Below, in pieces: positions 25,862 to 41,062 of a stretch of 64,000 nt of DNA. How positions within the stretch are numbered: the stretch's first letter is position 1; each line of letters starts with the position of its first letter. Source of the DNA: Octopus bimaculoides (lineage: Eukaryota); NCBI RefSeq assembly GCF_001194135.2, contig NC_068994.1, positions 39,163,799 through 39,227,798 of the forward strand, given 5' to 3'. A program made the position numbers and the translations under genes. Under the pieces are notes generated by a model. That model ran no database searches. It had not been told where the DNA came from and worked only from the letters and a program-made list of their open reading frames with translations.

Positions 25862-28800
25862 GTACATATGTATGCGTGTACATATGTATGTGTTTATGCT
25901 TGTGTGTATATATGTGTTTATGTTTTGTGTCTCCTTGTCTTGACATCTCATGTTTGTCATAAATGAGTGTCACTGTCATACAAGTAGTGTCATTCATTTT
26001 CAATACTGTGCAAGAACATGTTTGTCCATGGTAAAATATTACCCCATTTGGAAGCAACTGAAGGTTAGCAATAGAAAGGGCAACTGGTTGTAGAAAAATC
26101 TGCCTCAATAAATTCCATCTGACCCATGCAGGCAAGGAAAAAACAGATATTAAATGATGATGATGGTGGTGGTGGTGGTGGTGGTGGTGGTGGTTATATG
26201 CTGGTTATAATGTAAGCAGCTGTAAATATTATCGAATATAGTTTGAAGTGTTTTTATTTTATTTTTATATCTGTCCAGCAATTATTAGTTTCCAAAATAG
26301 TTTTGGAAATAATGGATAGAAATGCATACAGATTTCAATGTTGAGCATTCCCTAAGATATCTTGAAGAAATCAGGAAATAAGTAGTGCAAATAATGACTT
26401 CAGTATTTCAACTGTTTATCCATTCTTTGCATCACAGATTAAAAATACCTTTTAGCTATATCTTCAATTAATTCAACTGTATAGAAGTGCATATAAATGA
26501 AAGTTTTGCAGTCTGTGATTTCTCTTGGTACCAACTAATAATGATTAGAGAGAGGGGTGGGGGAGAAAGACGTGCCAGTAAAGAAAGCCTGTATGCAGTC
26601 ACTTGTAGTATTAGAAATAGCAGTCAAATTTCTTTCCTCTCACACTTGTACATCTTAAAGAATGAAGGCTACATTGGATAATGATGTAATTACAAATACA
26701 ACAGCCAGAAAAAATGTAGAGGATAATCATGGGTTGCCTTGAAAAATGAAAGGACACATCAGAAAATGTCATCACTGTTGTAAGAAAAGAAAATTTTTTA
26801 AATTTGGGATGGCCATGGCTAGAATGCATTTGATTACATAGCTACTGGTTCAAAGTTGATTTGGATCTAAAAAAAAATAGACAAAGAGAGGAAGAAAGAG
26901 AGTAAAAGAATTAAAAGTTCCAAGTTATTTATGATGAGCAATATACTAATATACTATGATGCTATCAGTGATATAATTATGAAAATAACTGTTTCAAAGA
27001 TGGCCTCTATGGATATATATTTTTAGAAATGTTCCCAAAAGTCAAGGATACCAGTCTTTTTGCTTTGGCTAAACTAAGAATAAAGTTAATTCTGGAATAT
27101 ATGAGTAGCTGTGTGGTCAGAAGCTTGCTTCTCAACCACATGGTTCTAGGTTCAAATCCACTGTGTGGCACCTTGGACAGGTGTATTCTACTATAGCTTC
27201 GGACCAACCAGAGCATTGTCAGTGGATTTAGTGGACAGAAACTGAAAGAAACCCGTCTTATCACTTCAGAAACATATCTGCTCTCAAGTGGTGTCCTCTA
27301 TCTGTCTTTTCTACCTTTACTAAAATAGTTATTTCAAATGTTGGCACAAGACCAGCAGTTCTAGTGAGAGGATGTTTGTCAATGACATCTACTCCAGGAC
27401 TTCAGTGGTTCTTTATTATACCATCTCCAAAAGGATGAAAGGTAAATTTGACCTTAGTATAATTTGAACTCAGAATGTAAACACACTGAAGAAAATTCCA
27501 CCAAGCAGTTTGTGTGACTCACAATTCTGCCAGCTCACTACGTTTACCATTACTAAAATAATAATAATAGTCTTTGCATTGTAGTATACATTCTGGCCCT
27601 TTGAGCTTTGAGTTCAAATTCTGCTCATGTCAACTTGATCTTTTTGGTGTCATACCTTTAAATTCTTCTTTTCTCTGTTTTTCTAGAATAAAATACAGTG
27701 TTCAGATCTGAAGAAGGATTGGTTCTGCCAAATGCCCAACAGATGCTATATTACCCCCACTCCCACCCTCATCAAGTGTCAGGGCTCAAAGAAGGAAGGA
27801 AAATAATAACTGCTCCTTTGAATATGCAAACTGTAATTTACTGTCTTGTTCTTTCCTTTAATTCCTACTATATTCCAACCACTAGGCTCCTGCACCAAAC
27901 ATTTTTCCTAATTCTCCTTCCACAGAAATGTACCTATTATTCTAGCCATCTTTTTCCTTCAGCTACTAATCTCTAGAATTCCATTTCAAATTCGTTTTTA
28001 TTTCTTACATTGAGTTATACTTATTCCTTCATCTGGAAACATTTAAAAGGTTTTGGATTCAGCTTGTCTGAGAAAAAAAATAAACAAGTTAGTTAATACG
28101 TAGTTGTCGAGGGTACCAGAGATATTAAACAAGTCTCCTTCAAATCACACTTCATGGTCTTAAAAAAGAGTAAGATGTGCTTTAGATAATGTAACCCTTA
28201 AATACTTCCTCAAGAAAGCAGGATAGTCATGGGTGGAATGCCTTTGATTATAGGCCTGTCTGCTTGATCAGATTTGACCTACAAGAAGCTGTAGCAACAA
28301 AAGCAAATGGCTTTGGTCTAGTATGGTGTGATATCAGATATATAATTATGTATAAAAGTAGCATTTATCAACTCAAATAACCATATAGATATATTAATGC
28401 TAATGTAAAGAGAAAACCTTTTATAATGTGTAAACAGGAAAGTCGGAATGTGTTAGTTATAAATATTATCATAGTGAAAATGTAAATATGTAATAAATCA
28501 ATAGCACATTGGCAAGAGTCGTATGAAAAAAAAAATATATATATATATGATAAATAAGTTAACATCAAATGGATTTTTGTGGCATTGCACATAACTGTAT
28601 TATCAAATGCTAGTGGAAAAATGAATTGATTTAAATGGTGATAGTTGTAATTTGGCACTTCTATCTAATTATAGCAAAAATAGTCACTTGCTCTTGTTGG
28701 TGCCCTCATAAACAAGTCATATTGCCTCAAACCATCACTTTATTTATTCATGCACATATTTATGCACGCATGGGATAAGCATTAACTATATTCCATTTTC

Positions 28801-29546
28801 TGATCCCTTTTCACCATCCCCTATTTTTTCCCTCTCCCTATCAAGGTTGCAGGATTATTGAGCAGATCGTATGTTCTTTGATTAATGTTGATTAATGGTC
28901 TCTTTTAGGGTCTTTATTCAATAGCCATTGCAACAGACTTAATGCACCTTAATGCAACGATAAGTAACATAGCTGCTATGGCTTTTTTCTTTTTGGCAGA
29001 AAGATTAAAGACAGAATACACAGTTATTTGGACGGACATTTGCATGTTACTGCCATGAGAAAACAGCGCATTCTACTTTGCTTTTGTCCATGTAACTTAG
29101 AACATCAATTTTAGTATAATGTATAAATGAAACCATCATAACACACATGCAATTTCAGTTTTACTCATTTTATTCCATATTTACTTTTGTACATCTCAAC
29201 AACAAACAATCATAAAATAGCCACATTTTTGCACAACTTGAAGAATATTTAGTCTTCTGTGGTGAATATGTATATTTTTTTTTTTCAGTTTTATAATTGA
29301 TTTGCAAGTGACATGTGAATTCATGTGTTGAAATAGATTTTGTTGCATCTCAAGAAGTTCATTATGTCAATAATAAGCAAACACACTGGTTCTTTTTCAC
29401 ATTTTCTTATGATCATCGTTATTAGTCAATGAATAAACCATTTAGCCAGTTAACTATTCGATTGTTTGATTAATCAGTCAATCAATTAGTCTGGTTTGTC
29501 AAAGTCATTCCATCACCATTCACAACATCATCTTCTGAAACCTTAA

Positions 29547-29765
29547 CTCTTTAGCATTCAAATCAGCCATATCCAGCCAAATTATTCAATGTTTTATGTT
29601 CAAACTGGCCAGATATAGCTTTTCACACCTACCCTACAATGTTGTTCTAAAAAATAAATGCTCACATCATCAAAATCTCAAAGCTACAAGATAATGCATG
29701 ACTAATTCAGATGCATGTGAATAAATAAACAATATATTTGATAGAAAAATCTGAATACTAAAGGG
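29547..29765 (-). mobile_element. piggyBac-type (TTAA) MITE, copy 1
   Basis: TTAA|CTCTTTAGCATT ... AATACTAAAGGG|TTAC; the interior is the reverse complement of 30017-30236. Confidence 0.8.
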
Positions 29766-30016
29766 TTACTCGTTATACAAGTATAGCTAAAACTCAAGAA
29801 AAAATTATAGAAACCGTTTAGTTAATCATTATTCATTTATTCTTTTGCTAATTTCAGTCATTAGATTGTGTATCCATTTAAGGTGGGCATGGATGTCAAG
29901 TGTTTTAGTTAAGTATATCAATATATTTTATTGATCTCTTTTGAATGGTTAAATTTATCTTTTGAGTTATAGACCTATTAGAAAGTTTCTTCCTTTTAGT
30001 GATGTAATGACTTTAA

Positions 30017-30236
30017 CTCTTTAGCATTCAGATTACTCTGTGGAATGCAATGCTTATTTATTCACATTATTTTGAATTAATCATGCATTATCTCATAGCT
30101 ATGTGATTTCAATGATGTGATTGTTTATTTTCAGAATGACATTGCTGGGTAGGTGTGAGAGGCTACATCTGGCCAATTTGAACATAAAACAAGAAGAATA
30201 TTTTGGCTGGATATGGCCAGTTTAAATGCTAAAGGG
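30017..30236 (+). mobile_element. piggyBac-type (TTAA) MITE, copy 2
   Basis: TTAA|CTCTTTAGCATT ... AATGCTAAAGGG|TTAA. Confidence 0.85.
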
Positions 30237-31892
30237 TTAAGGTATTTACACTGGTTACACCAGAATACACAAATACAAACAACACACAAACACAAACAAT
30301 GCACACAGACACACTGACACCAACACACACACACACACACACACATTCAAAGTATGCTAGAAATGCTTCCGGCAAAATTATCTTTCACAAACAATTTTTG
30401 CATATCTTGGAGAAATTATGTGAATGATGTTGAGGTTTTGGAGCTAGTAAGTGTTGTGACCATAGATGTTCTCTAGCAACATAATAGACTGATGTGAGTA
30501 GGGTGTATAGTTTGTACGGAAGACCAAAAAAATTTTAAATGTCTATTCTATGGAAAAGCAATGTTCCGGAAAAGAAAAAAACTCTCCTTTTCACAAACTA
30601 AAATTAAGATGCAAAAACTGCCTTAAATCTGATCTAAATAAAAGGTAATATTCATGTGGAGAGTCGAAAAAAATTATTATTAATAGGGCATCATAAAAAG
30701 ATATATAGTTATTGTGTTCAAGCATTTTGAAAAGACTCGCATTAAACACACACAAGTGAAATTAGACACAAAGAAAGAAACACTTAAGTATTATGTAATA
30801 ATCTTGTCAAATGTTCAACTTGTAATCAAATTTTTAATTCTAATACTGACCTTTTTAGCCACTCAAGATCACACGAACTGAAGCTGGATGAAAATATATT
30901 ATCACAACCTAATTTAATATAATCTCTGCCAATCCCGATCCAGGGAAATAGATAGGTGGAACTGTGAGAAAAATTTGGCAGTTTTTGTCCTAGCTCTTCG
31001 CATCCCCATAATTTAGCAGTTTAACATGATAACAGATAAGCAAGGAGTTTAGAATGGAGTATAGTGGAGGAGGGAGAGGGGGAGTGAGTGAGAGAGAGAG
31101 AGAGAGAGAGAACAGTGACTGAAAGCACAGAAAGGTGGTGACTGAAGCAGGCTTCTTAATTATACAGTGATAGAAAAACTATACAAAAATTCAATTAATT
31201 AATTAATTAAATTTGTGTAAAACAAAATTATGAATAACATGTCTTTTCAAGATCTTCAAGTGTTAGTATCATTATTCTGAAGCCTTAAATTACATTATTT
31301 TAAAATTCTGTGGTGTACTTAGACATATTATGGGGCATGTTAGTGCCCTGCAGTGCACTGTTAGAAAATGACTGCTCTGGATGGTATCCAAGGAAAAGCC
31401 ATGTGAAAGATTCAGTAACTTTCTACAACCACTAATTCAGCTCAAGGGAACCTCTGTGTAACCACTTGACATGCTAGGAATATCAGCTTAAGAGCCACTT
31501 ACTTACTCATTTATATATTAATAGGAAGGTTTCCTAAAGCAAATAACATGCTTAGGATGTAAAATAGAAATCATATGAATAAATGTTGATGAAGTAACCA
31601 ACCTTGCAATACTTGCATTACTAAGCAATATCACAAAATTCCTGATAAGAGAATGATGAATTAACATTAAGTTGCAATGAAAAAGAAAGCATAATGAATA
31701 ATAGCATTTGAGAGAATGAAATTGTTCTATAAATTTTTCCAGCACCTGCTAGCATGGAAAAATAAATGATTCACGAGGAACAATAACTAAATAATGAAAG
31801 AAACCAAAAAAGAAAAACAATCTCCGAATTCATAGAGTGTTTTATCAATGGGAATTCTACAGTCCACAGTTACAGAAACCAATGGATTCTTT

Positions 31893-31924
<32 letters not shown>

Positions 31925-32810
31925 CAATTATCAAACTAAGCATCCAAATTTATTTTTTTAAATTGTTTCATCCAACGTTTATAAAAATGGTGTTATTTTT
32001 ATGTTGTATTATAAAACTATCATAATGTATTTTGAGAATTATCACCTCTGAAAGCTATTTATTTCTACTCCTCCCTCAGTCATGACTAAAATATAAGTTT
32101 TCATTATAAATCATTCATTCAATTCTTAATGCTTAATGTATATGTATGCATGTATTCATATACATACAGGCATACATACATACATTCATATAAATATGTG
32201 CGCATATGAATGTATGGATGGATATAGTTCAACTGATATTATTATCGTTCATCTGCATTAAAAGGTATAGAACTAAAGATTGCTTCTGCAAATTAGCTTT
32301 TCCTGTAGCGACATCACAAACAGATGGTTACAGCAAATGTCACAATTCGAGGAGTGGAGGCTGGCTTCATTTACAAGGCCAGATACATGATAAGTAGATT
32401 AAGCATTGGCAATTAAAATACAATGTATGGCTAGCTAATCCATATTACCTTTCGTTCTTAGTTAATATACTTAATGACATGAAACAAAAAAAAAACAAAA
32501 AAACTGATTTTAATCATTTGAAATTTGACCCATAATGTAGACCCGAGAAATATTAGGGAGATAACTCCACTTTCTTTTTCATCTGTTTCTGTCATTGGAC
32601 TGCAGTCATGCTGGAGCACTGCCTTCAAGGATTTAGTCAAAAAAATCAACCTCAGTACTTATTTTTAAGTCCGATACTTATTCTGTTGGTCTCTTTTTGC
32701 TGAACCGTTGATGTTATGGAAATATAAACAAACCAATGCCAAGTGCTAAGTGGTAGAGAGAGAGAAACAAAAGCCCAAAGACACATCCATACAAATATAC
32801 ACACATACAT

Positions 32811-32848
<38 letters not shown>

Positions 32849-33100
32849 NNNNNNNNNNNNNNNNNNNNNNNNNNNNNNNNNNNNNNNNNNNNNNNNNNNN
32901 NNNNNNNNNNNNNNNNNNNNNNNNNNNNNNNNNNNNNNNNNNNNNNNNNNNNNNNNNNNNNNNNNNNNNNNNNNNNNNNNNNNNNNNNNNNNNNNNNNNN
33001 NNAACAAGGTTACAAAGTGAGCGTCTTAACTTCACAACCATGCCAATATACTCAAATGAAACTGATTTAAAATACTACTGCACATTCTGAACACCAATAT

Positions 33101-33316
33101 TTTTTTTTTTACTCTACGCACAAGACTCGAAATTTTGGGGGAAGGGGCCAGTCGATTAGATTGACTCCAGTACGCAACTGGTACTTAATTTATCGACCCC
33201 AATAGGATGGAAGGCAAAGTCGACCTTGGTGGAATTTGAACTCAGAATGTAAAAACAAACGAAATACCACTAAGCATTTCGCCCGGAGTGTTAATGATTC
33301 TGCCAGCTTGCTACCT
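33101..33316 (-). mobile_element. tRNA-derived SINE with a Meta/MESC-like central domain (representative copy)
   Basis: The minus strand reads GAGTTCAAATTCCACCAAGGTCGACTTTGCCTTCCATCCTATTGGGGTCGATAAATTAAGTACCAG, flanked by TGAACACCAATA / TGAGCACCAATA. Other copies lie at ~19540, 24790, 27320, 34570, 36560, 37810, 43910, 46130, 46460, 47990, 51600 and 56715. Confidence 0.8.
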
Positions 33317-34402
33317 TTGAGCACCAATAATTTGATAAGTACATTGGACAGAAAAAGAGAACAACCACAAGATGTATGGGAGAGGAAGCTAGATAAAAGA
33401 TACTGAAAATGATCATGAACAGTAACTGGTAATATGTTTTTAATGTCCTATAAAAATTGTGCAGATGTTCCTAAATTTAAAGTTATCAAATGAATGCCAT
33501 TAAAAGTTGTATATAATTTCATATTCAGCCAAATGAAACATTATATATTAAGGTAATTTGATCACTTTTACATTATATTAATATTAAAAAAATAAACTAA
33601 ATATAAATTTATTTGAAAATAAACAAGTATTAGTTTTTACACAACATAGAAGAAAATAACAGAAAATGATATTATACAATCAAAATAAAATGGGAAACCT
33701 TAGAAATACTTTGTTTTTGTATCTGGCTTGCAAGATTCTTTATGTGAATTTGTGTCCTGAAACAAATTTTGTTGTGTCTAAGGAGAGTCATTATGCCTGT
33801 ATTATTGACACATGGGCTAGTTCAATTCCACTCTTTTACTATTATTCAATTTCTTGAATATCCAACTAACTAATCATTTGTTTGTTTAATTTGGTTAGAC
33901 AATAAGACATTTTGTTTTTCAAAGCTCTTTTGTTGTTATTTGCAACCTTTTCAATGACTTTCAACTTAGTCCACTATGTAGGCTGTGTTTGTCTGCTTGA
34001 GACCTTGTTGCATGTATGTGCATGCCAGTGTGTGCATCCACTTATGTACATACTTTAGCATCTCGATTCTTGGCATAAAGCCACCTCTCTCAACACTACA
34101 ACCTGATGCTATCAAGGGTGCTTGTCTTGCATGTTACTTACCACAAAAAAAAAAGAAAAGCGCCCAATAAACTTTGTAAATTATTTGGCATTTGGAAAGC
34201 TATCCAACTCCAGAAGCCATGCCAAAGCGGTCATTAAAACTCAATGCAGCCCTCTAGCTTATCAGATTCTGTCAAACCATCAAACCATGTCAGTATGAAA
34301 TATAGACCTCAATGATGATGATGATGATGATCCTCAATCACAATCGTTTTTACTATGTGTGTAGGTATATACATGTATGTGTGTTTCTATGTGTATATAT
34401 GT

Positions 34403-34434
<32 letters not shown>

Positions 34435-34853
34435 CGTTTAATCGTTTAACGTCCGCTTTCCATGCTATATATATACACAAATATATTTATGTGTGTGTGT
34501 ATGCATACATACTTACATATGCATACGTATACATATATATAAATATGCTTAATATATAAACATAAATAAGATGGTTAGCCAGCACAATCATTAACATGCT
34601 GGGTAAAATGCTTAGCACCATTTTGTCCGTCTTTACATTTTGAGATCAACATACACCAAGGTGCACTTAGCTTTTCATCCTTTCTGAGCCAATAAAACAA
34701 GTACCAGTTGAACACTGGGTTTGATGTAATTTACTTACCTCTTCCCTGAAATTACTGGTCTTGTGCCAACATTTTAAACCAATATTTAAGCATAAATATG
34801 CCTATACATATGTGTATATGTATGTATCTATATATATGTATGTGTGTGTATGA

Positions 34854-34895
<42 letters not shown>

Positions 34896-34920
34896 GTGTG
34901 TGTGTGTGTGTGTAAATATG

Positions 34921-34965
<45 letters not shown>

Positions 34966-36241
34966 TTATGAATGCTTGTGTACATGCATATGTATAAATA
35001 TATATAAGAAAACATAAAATGAAGGAATATCAATGAACAACAATTGACTTACATCAATAATAGATGATATAATTCACTTGTTGTTCATCAATATTTCTCC
35101 ATTTTTTGCTTTCTTTAAATTTTGATTCCTGATAAACTCATGTTTATCCTTGTCTTTACCTGTAATTTATGAGCATAGTATGCTTGCATATGTATGCCCA
35201 TGGTTAAACATAAGTAATACATCGATAGTTTAATGGATACTTCTATCCCTTAGACAATTATTTTAACCTCTAACTCAGCTAACCTTTTAAATATATATAT
35301 ATGCAGGTAATATTTATTGCCACAGAAAGGTATTCTCAAGCTAGAAACCTAGCCTGAGTTTTCACAGCAAAATAGTCAACAATAAAAAAAGAAAATCACC
35401 CAAGATGCCAAGTAGGTATGTCAGACAAGGTGGTTGGATAAGTCTACAATCCAAGAGGGTCATTGTGGAATTTGAACTCAGAATGCAAAAACTCACAAGT
35501 AAGTACCATTGGGCTTCCAGTCTAATCCATTACCTTGGATTGGCACTTATTTATTAACTTCCCAAAAAATGAAAGGCAAATTTGTACCTGCAGTGCAATG
35601 AAATATTGAAATGCAGCTAAAGTTTGAAACAGTATTCAGCTATAAAAAACAAACATGGTAAAACACAGCAAAGTTGGTAGATTTTATTTATTGTTAAGTC
35701 TGCATGATAACAAAATACTGAGACCTATTCTCATCCATGCCAGAATGGAAATACAGATGAAAATTGATGAGAATGGTAATGATATATTATTTTAATATTT
35801 TTCATCATAGAGTTGGCAAGTAATTTGTCTGTTAGCCAACAAGAGCAATTTTTTATGTTCAGTCCAAAATTGTCTTTTTCAATCATTATTGTAATACCAC
35901 TCTTTAAAATGTCAATTGGATACAGACTTAAAAAAAGGACAGTGTACTAACTGGATTTGACTGAGTTTTCTTAATATCAAGTGGACTAGTTTCATGATAT
36001 TGTAACTGCAAACTCTCTAGTGGTTGTTAAATTTATTTAAAATATATTTCTTTTGTTTTGTTTGCAAAATTTTGTAGATTTAATTGTGTTCCTAAATTTT
36101 AAAATAAGTTTCCTCTACTATCGTGTCTTGTTTTGTTGTATGCTAAATACTTTTATTTTTCTCATCTTATTTCAGTGTACCGAATAAATACTTAGGTAGA
36201 ACAAATTCTGAACAAGTAAATACTTTCTATTTTTGTGGAAT

Positions 36242-36297
<56 letters not shown>

Positions 36298-38099
36298 CCT
36301 TCCTCCAAGTGAAGGGTAGATTGTATAATGCATGTGTACGAACAGCAATGCTAGATGATAGTGAGACAAGGGTCATGTATGCAGAGGACATGCAAAGAGC
36401 TATATTTCTTGTAAATCATTATTTCAGAACATTCAACTGAAAAACAAAATGGATGAAGATATCTATTTTTTTTTATATCAGTTGTCCATGGCAAACTTGC
36501 TAAGGAAAAATTTTAACAAAAAATTTTAAAATGTTTAGTTACAGAGTATTTTATGGTTAATATAATTTCAGCAGGAATTGTAGAGCATTGGACAACATTC
36601 CTTGCTGTATTTTGTTACGTTTCTTTATGTTTTGAGTTCAAATCACATGAGGGTTGAGCTTACCTTTTCCCCAAGATTCAATACCCATCGAAAATAAATT
36701 TTTTCCAACCAGTTAAAAAGGAATTTTTCATTCAATTGAAGGCAGATTTTTTTTCTTTTTTTTTTTTCAAGTAACTGGAAAAGCCTTTCTTTTGTCTCAG
36801 AAAGAATGGTTAGTCCCAAAACATTAGATTTCTCTTCTCTCCTCAGCATATGAACTTATTAAAACCCTTGAAGTTAATTGCACATTTCAATTGTATAGCA
36901 ATGACTACAGTGATAACTACTATGAAAGACGTCTAATTTGATAGTTAAATCAATCAGTGTCATGCACTGTTGAGCAAAACGTATGTTAATATCAAGTCTG
37001 AGCTGAAATGAGTTCACTTATGCCAATACACTGGTTAGAAAAAAAAAATAATAATAATGAAGCAAAGAATGAAAATTCTCATTTTTCTGTCCTTTTAGAT
37101 ATAGGACTTCTGTGCCTAGCCAGCAGGAACCAATATTTCAATAGACCAGAAGTTGCTATTGATTAACTTAAACTATGTTTTTGACAAATACTTTAATTTT
37201 CACTTGTCAAATGCATATAAAACAGTACAATTTATTATTGTAAGGGGAAGATGGACCGGACCCTATCTTTATGAAGATAGATGCTATGAGAAGGTATTAT
37301 TTATTACTGTAGTGTTTTGTTAGTTTGCAATGTAAAAAAATCACTTGTCTGTTTTTCCTGGAATCATTACATAAAGTTTTTTTATGATGCCTCAGTGACC
37401 TTGCTGGCTGTGCGACATTTGGTATTTAAAAAAAAAAATTTTCTTAATAATAAATGCAGACAGTCTTTGATGTAATTATTTGAAATTAAATATTGATTAA
37501 TTCATGTAATATTATATTCTGCTTTAACTTTTAAAAATACTGTAGCTGAATAAAGTATTGACTAAATAAAGTAAACAACTTCAGTCACTCAGTAATTTTT
37601 GTTTTCATATGAAAGATAAGATTTCAATTTGGAAATAGGCAAGTTAGGATGGTTTTGAGAAATGGAGATTTATGATAGACATGCTTCTCTTAAAGAATTC
37701 ACCAATAAGGATATGCCACGTTTGTTTCTTTTAATTGCATGGAAATATAAATAATATTTATATCATGCAAGCAGCAAGCTGGCTGAACCATAAATACACT
37801 GGACAAAATTCTTTAAGGTGACAAGCTGGCAGAAATGTTAGCATGCCAGGCAAAATGCTTAGCAGTACTTCATCTGTCTTTATGTTCTGAGTGCAAGTTC
37901 CGCCAAGGTCAACTTTGCCTTTCAGGGTCACTGAAATAAGTACTAGCTGCATACTGAGGTTGATATAATCGATTCCCCCACTCCTCTGAAATTGCTAGCC
38001 TTGTGCCAAAACCTGAGACCAATATTCATATGAAAAAAACATCATTGCATCACATTTTTCTTGATCATAAGCAGTACTCAATCAGAGTTCTTTCAATTG

Positions 38100-38590
38100 A
38101 TCCAGCTGCTGGATTTCACTAAGTTAGAGTATATACTTAACAGCTTGGACCACATCATAACAACTAGTTTTCTTCCGTAGACTGGAAGAGAATTAATCCT
38201 CCAGCAATTAAAGATACTGTACAAAGCTCTGGTGTGGTCCACAGCCAAGTATTGAACAAGTGCTACTGCTACAACATATGCAGACATTCTGAATCATATT
38301 CAGAAGCCCACCAGTCTGACTGGCATAATGTCTCGAGCAGAAATGTTCTAACATGCTGTCTCTCCTAATTAAATCTACCAGTACTATAATGGCTTCTGCT
38401 CCTCAGGGCAGCTCCACTCAGGTTTTCCTGTCAAACTCCCATCTCCTCTAATCATTCAGGCCTTACACATATGACTACGCTTAAAATGTCAGTCCTTTCT
38501 TTCCAGAATCTAGATTCAGTGGAAGCTTACTCTCCACCACTATCATCACTTCCTTATATTTTTCTTGCAAGTATTAGCTTACAAAGTTAA
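38100..38590 (+). mobile_element. Decayed CR1/L2-group RT C-terminal fragment
   Basis: PPAIKDTVQS/QLKILYKALVWSTAKY (cf. QLLxLYKAQVRPxMEY) at ~38200-38250, followed by a degenerate 3' region colinear with the 52.3-53.0 kb copy. Confidence 0.6.
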
Positions 38591-40831
38591 GAGGAAAATT
38601 GAACATTTAAGGTATCAATTTTACTGATCTGGTAGGTCCTGCAAAGACTGTTAGCACTGCCCATTTTCTTCAGAACCAGCAATTAAAGAGAAAATGGTAT
38701 ATGTGAATGGACAAGAAGTCATTGTTGATAATCTACAACTGCTGCTGCTATGTGGTTAAATCAGACAGTGAATCCTCGATTATAAACACAAAACCAATAT
38801 GTTCCATTAAAAAAAAATGCTCCATAGCTACTTAATGTCTTAAGTATTTAAATACACAATTTGGAAGCAATGACTTAATAGGGTTAATTTATCTTTTGCA
38901 GTTTCACAAAACTGTTAGAATAAATAGTTGGAATAATGCTAGAGTAGGGTAAGTTGATATATTGGTTAAGAGAATCTGTTTGCCTCCCATTTCATATTGA
39001 ATTATAGAGTACAAGGGAAAAGAAAACATAAAAAAAAACACAATTAGACATTATAAGGACAGAGCAAAAAGAGTAATTTAAGACGTTAATTACAGATAAG
39101 TTTCTTGCAATCCTGGTGTCTTGAATGCGCTTAGAATTTTAATATGCAAAAATAGCATTTTAAAAATAAATATAAAAAGGAAAATAATGCTGAAAGGTGA
39201 GGCATAAATTTGAAAAAGAATTGATTTTCCTTTTGTTCCTTTTTTTTTTTTTTTTATAAGTGATCAAGTTATATATTTCCTTTACAACTATTAGTTCTCT
39301 TGCTGTGAAAGGAAAAATACTTATTTCAGTAAAACTATATAACTATATCTTTACAATGCTATTCTTGCAGTTAAGATATTTTTATTTTTTATCTTCAATA
39401 ACAGAATATTTTGTACTATCAAAAAATAAATAATAAATAAATAAATAAATAAAATTTAAAAAACCAAAAGAAAGAAAGAAATCAGTAAAGATGTTTAGTT
39501 GTGAATAATGTCAACTATATTCTTTATTTTTTCATTTTCAGTACCTTTTACACCTATTTTCTAGCTTTTAGTTCTAATTGGCTGACCTGATAGGCTGATA
39601 TATTGTAATCTGCTGCATTGGTGATAGTTAAACACTTAATATGGGATATTTTGTCCATAGCCAAGACTGCCAACATTCTGTGGACTAGCTGGTTGTTATT
39701 CTGTACTTAATGGGCAGAAGAATAACTATGGTTCAGGAAATTAACTTCAACATCATGTGTTTTTGGATGAAGTTAATTCTGAGTTTGACTTTACTGCAAA
39801 ACACAATAAACACGTATCTTCTTCTATAATTATAGATTGATCAATGCATTTGTGAGCAACATATAGTAAACATTATACACACACACATATATAAATGCAT
39901 ACACACACACACACACTCACACACACACACACACACTCACACACACACACACACACTCACACACATACATATTAATGAAATTCCAACTACGTCTGATTTT
40001 CAAATTTTATTATCTGCACATTATTTTACAATTTTAAAATATTGAAATAACCTAGTACTTTTATGTGTTACATAATCATCAGGTTTATGTAGTGACAGTC
40101 ATGTTCCACAATTGACAATTGTGTTCCACAAACATACAAACTCAAGATATATATATATATATCCTCATCATCATCATCATTGTTTAACATCTGCAATGTG
40201 CAGATAATTTCTTCCCGTTCTCCCCCCAGTCTAGAACGCCTTGCAGAAATGAAAAATATCATGGATACTGGACTTTCTGCTTTGTCTTAATGATATTAAA
40301 AAACAAGAAAAAAAAAAAAAAGAAACTTATTAACACATGATGTTCACTAATGNNNNNNNNNNNNNNNNNNNNNNNNNNNNNNNNNNNNNNNNNNNNNNNN
40401 NNNNNNNNNNNNNNNNNNNNNNNNNNNNNNNNNNNNNNNNNNNNNNNNNNNNNNNNNNNNNNNNNNNNNNNNNNNNNNNNNNNNNNNNNNNNNNNNNNNN
40501 NNNNNNNNNNNNNNNNNNNNNNNNNNNNNNNNNNNNNNNNNNNNNNNNNNNNNNNNNNNNNNNNNNNNNNNNNNNNNNNNNNNNNNNNNNNNNNNNNNNN
40601 NNNNNNNNNNNNNNNNNNNNNNNNNNNNNNNNNNNNNNNNNNNNNNNNNNNNNNNNNNNNNNNNNNNNNNNNNNNNNNNNNNNNNNNNNNNNNNNNNNNN
40701 AAATATTGAAATAACCTAGTACTTTTATGTGTTACATAATCATCAGGTTTATGTAGTGACAGTCATGTTCCACAATTGACAATTGTGTTCCACAAACATA
40801 CAAACTCAAGATATATATATATATATATATC

Positions 40832-41062
40832 CTCATCATCATCATCATTGTTTAACATCCGCTTTCCATGCTAGCATGGGTTGGACGACTTGACTGAGGA
40901 CTGGTGGACCAGATGGCTACACCAGGCTCCAATCTGATTTGGCAGAGTTTCTACAGCTGGATGCCCTTCCTAATGCCAACCACTCTGAGAGTGTAGTGGG
41001 AGCTTTTACGTGCCACCGGCATGAAGGCCAGTCAGGCGGTACTGGCAATGGCCACGCTCAAA
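40832..41062 (-). mobile_element. RTE-like 3' fragment (V-like motif plus one hairpin unit)
   Basis: (CAT)n, GGATGCCCTTCCTAATGCCAACC and GCCAGTCAGGCGGTACTGGC. Confidence 0.85.

Noticed and set aside
36175-39620. Plus-strand acceptor-like sites at 36175, 37099 and 39542, and a CTG|GTAAGT donor at ~55023
   Set aside because: T-rich tracts ending in AG are common at this base composition, and the sites do not chain into a phase-consistent ORF.
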